A DNA stretch of 64,000 bases from Selaginella moellendorffii. Taxonomy: Eukaryota; Plantae; Lycopodiophyta. The number at the start of each line of letters is the position of its first letter. The first letter of the stretch is position 1. The notes below the pieces were generated by a model. The model did no database searches. It was given only the letters and a program-made list of their open reading frames with translations, and had not been told where the DNA came from. The stretch is from the NCBI RefSeq assembly GCF_000143415.4, contig NW_003314269.1, forward strand, positions 1,681,544-1,745,543. Direction: 5' to 3'. The position numbers were made by a program, and so were the translations under genes. This document shows, piece by piece, positions 60,451 through 64,000 of this stretch.

Positions 60451-62702
60451 CTACTGCAACAAAGTCTTGATAATCGACTTGACATTGAGCCTCCTCAAGT
60501 CATGGTAACTCTGACCGCATCCAAGAAACATGATCGGTGCGCCAGAAACATAGACCATGGACAATGCCGCTCCCACCTGCGACACACAAACACACGTTGA
60601 TAAGAGAAGCTCGCAAGCAAGCATGAAAGATAGAACTGAGACCTTGTCATCGATGGTATCGAACTTGGTGAGAAGTATCCCGTCAATCGGCTTTCGCTTC
60701 GCCGTTGCCGAGAGATCAGCCAAAGTCTGCAAGGGGAAACTCTCATCAGAGGAAGAAACCAGAAAAAAAGAAAAAGCCACCGACTTGATTGAATTTGGAG
60801 AGCTGGTCCACAGCCTCGTTGCCCACAAGCGCTTCTCCGACAAAGAGCACCAGATCTGGCTTGTTTACGTTGATCAGATTCGCAAGGGCCCTCATAAGAG
60901 GCTCGTTATCCTGGAAGAAAAAAACATATGTATTGTAAGAACGCAAAGAAAACAACGAGAAGCAAAGCTTTGAAAAACTTGCCTGCATTCGACCTGCAGT
61001 ATCAACCAGCACAACGTCGTGCTTAGTTTTAGCAGCTGTGGCAATTGCCTCCCGGGCCACATTTGCTGGATCTTTTTCGTATCCTTTCTCGTACAGCGTA
61101 GTTTGGAGCCTTTTGGCGTGCGTACGGAGCTGCTCCACAGCTCCCGAACGAAATGTGTCGCATGCGGCTATCAAGACACTCAGTTCGTGGCTTTTAAGCC
61201 AATAAGCCACCTGGTAACGAGCAAGCATTAGTCAAGTAGCAAATACAACAATGGCAGAACCTTGGCAAGACTTGTAGATTTCCCCACTCCATTAACTCCC
61301 ACAAATACGATCACATAGGGGCGACCTTCGTCCTTTGCCGACTTTACATCTCTCAGGATGTCAATGGAACGCTTTGGAGTTAGTATTCGCAGTAAAGCGT
61401 CTCCCATCGCCTCCTGAGTAAACAAACAAAGTTAAAGCGCTCGATGGAGCCAAGACTTGCAACGCAAACGCACCTTTACAGCAGATGATACTCGAGTAAA
61501 CGTTCCAAGCTTCTTGCCGAGAAGACTTGCAGCAACAGACTCGCATATCTTTTCAGCAATCTCTTCAGCCTGCCAAAGCAAAGTTGGCGAGTATACAACC
61601 CAAGAACGTAAACCATACGTACCACATTCTTGGTCATTAGACGATCTTTCAGCGCCTTCATCGCGGGCACCAAATCCGCCTTCTCAAGAGCCGCCTTCCC
61701 AGTGACGCTGCGCAAGAAAAACAAAAATCGAGAGAAACATAAAGTCTCTAGCCAAACTAAAGAAAAGTACCTCTGGAAAACGCTCGAAAACCATCCTTTC
61801 TTGGCAGGAGCCTTCTCGTCCTTCGCCTCCTCGTCATCGGACTCCTCGTCCTCCTCGTAGTCCACCAAACTTTTCCCGTGAACCTCCACAACCTCCTCGT
61901 CGTTGGTGTCACGAACAGGCTCGGAGTAGTCCAGCTTCCCAGTCGCTGGAGCGTCCCACGGCTTTCTATCCTGCTTCACTTTCTTCTTGGGATCCTCCTT
62001 CTCCTTCTTCACAGCGTTGGTCTTCTTTCCCCCCTTCGCTTTCAGCTTCTGGAGCTTGCTCCGATCGAAGGCCACCTCCACCGGCTTGGACTCCTCATCG
62101 CTGCTGCTCAATTTCCCATTTGTCACTCCATTCTCGTGGCCAGCCTTGTCCACAACAGCGGCAGGCTTGTGATCAGCAGCACTGTCATCCTCTTTCCCAT
62201 CCTTTTGCCCCTTTGTCCCTGCCGATCCCTTGACCGATCCGCGAAGCACAGTTCCCCCTCGCAGATCGGTGTTCTTGCTGCTTCCATCCTCGATCTTCCT
62301 GTTTGCCTTGTTAAGTCCCTTGTTGGCCTCGCCGCGAGCCAGCGCCTCCTTCTCGAGCTGCCGATACACCTCATCGAAATCCCGATACGAGGCCTTCCGG
62401 GGAGAATACACCGCCGAGAAGTCGCGCTTCACCATGGCCAGCAGCTCGTCAACATAGAGGAGCTGCAAGAATTGCTGGTAGACGGCCACGAACACGAGCC
62501 CCAGCTCGTTCTGGAACGTCCACTTGAGCGTGTAGGACGCACCTGGGGCATCGTAGCGGAAGGATCGATCGCCGCTGCGCTCCTCGAGCAGGCACGACCG
62601 GATCAGCGTGTCGATCGGCGATCCCTTGAGCGCGTTGCCGATCTCCTTGCAGCTCCACAGGATGAGGCCGCCGCGCGTGAAGATCAAGAGCTGTTCCAAC
62701 AT
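60451..62702 (-). CDS. SRPRA: Signal recognition particle receptor alpha subunit
   Basis: [19 protein letters not shown] domain, [38 protein letters not shown]. Confidence 0.96.
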
Positions 62703-62855
62703 CCTGTCCTTGCCCAAGAACCCTAGAAATATTCCACGCAAGAAAATGGGACCCTTTTATTATCGACCCAAGAACCCTAGAGAATATACCATTACACACG
62801 GGAAGAATCTTTCTTTTCTTTCACACACATTTATTTGTAACACACAGGCAAACTT

Positions 62856-64000
62856 TCACGCGGCGATTTGGACGATCCAGTTGGAGAAGCTTGACACGGC
62901 TCCTTGGAGGCGGCAAAGCTGGACGTCTTCGGGACTTCCAGCCTCCATCGCGACGCTCTGGATTTCCATCTCCACTGACGCATCCACGCGCTTAACTTTG
63001 CTCTCACTCACCAGGAGCGCCGCCACTTCATCGGCCATCCTCGTCAACGCAAGCCTGCTAACAAGATCGATTAGTCTCACTCGAAGAGAAGAAAAACAAA
63101 ATCTACACGAACTATACCTCAGTAGCTTCGAAGCTTTAGCTTCCCACAATCGTTGCGACTCCTTGAGCCTCTCGAAGAAGTCCTTGCACGCACACATCTT
63201 GGCTTCCACAGGAGATTCCTACAAAACGAGGGAAATACCAGCCTTTAGAATGTGGAACCGAGATTGGTTTTAGAAAGAACGTACCAGCTCTGTATCATAA
63301 GCCTCGCTGTTCTCGAAGGACCCCAGGAGAGTAAAGAAGTCTATGTACAAGCCGGAGCCAATGTCCCAGTTCTCGATCTCCATTTTATGCGCATCCATCT
63401 GGCTCGCGTAGCTCCAAATCTCTTCCTTTTTCCCTGTGTTCAAGTGGTGATGACCATAGCTTACCAAAAACCAATTGCTTACCATTTAGCAGCAAAGATG
63501 CGGACACCTTGGTCATAAACACGACGTGAGCCTCTTGCCACATGAAGCTTTTGAGGTAATGCACAAGGCTCTTCTCAAAGTCTCCCCGGTACAGCCAGTA
63601 GATAGCCTGAAAAACATCCTAAGAGTCAGAAGAACACGCACTGAGCGCACATCGCTTACCAAAGTCTCGTGCAGCCACTCCGGTGGAATACCGAGTTCGT
63701 CCTCTATAAACTTCTGCTGAACCTCCGAGTTGCTCCAAACTTCACAGTACTGGCTCAGTATATCCTTGATCACCTTCTCGTGCAAACCTGTAGTTTCCGG
63801 GCACACTGGCATATGGAGTACCACGTAAACTGCCCAATGTATCAACTTGGCGGCAAGAAGCTGGGAGATAAAACTCATGTCCAGCGCGTAGGAATCCGAC
63901 TGATTCAAAACGCCAATTGCCTGGAGAACTTCCTTCTGATGCCAAGCGGCCCGGTGATCCAGACGATCAAATGTAGATGCCGAGGAGGAAAACATCTTGT
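62856..64000 (-). CDS. NUP96: Nucleoporin Nup96 (MOS3/SAR3-like), 3' part
   Basis: AWHQKEVLQAIG, HWAVYVVLHMP, ILSQYCEVW, LGIPPEWLHE, IENWDIGSGLYIDF. Confidence 0.9.

Overview
Eukaryotic plant nuclear DNA: gene-dense, introns mostly about 50-70 bp, GC-rich intronless PLS-class PPR genes and two N-gaps. This is most consistent with the lycophyte Selaginella (inference, not verified). Genes in order: 3' end of a Pro-rich gene, PPR-E, VAPYRIN, then a tandem four-gene block (PPR, JmjC/JMJ31, LAF3-type amidohydrolase, kinase) present twice with complementary gene loss. Next come a frameshifted BAHD acyltransferase and an LRR receptor-like protein, both with decayed second copies, then a C2 protein, cytosolic TPI, an AT-hook/TTF-zinc-finger protein, myotubularin, a HIPP and a thioredoxin-DUF179 protein. 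A full-length 5-kb Ty3/gypsy element follows, then a zone of gene fragments, FtsH1/5, DUF212, a repeat-rich HIPP, HEATR6, a coiled-coil gene, SRP receptor alpha and the 3' part of Nup96. Best leads: (1) the kinase-less LRR-RLP has an island domain that aligns without gaps to the BRL1/BRL3 brassinosteroid-receptor island as I recall it; (2) the coiled-coil gene looks like the centriolar protein KIAA0753/Moonraker; (3) the retroelement has a G GGA AAC -1 frameshift site followed by a predicted H-type pseudoknot; (4) the duplicated block shows reciprocal pseudogenisation. All homology calls come from motif recognition from memory. No searches were run, and exon boundaries were read by eye.
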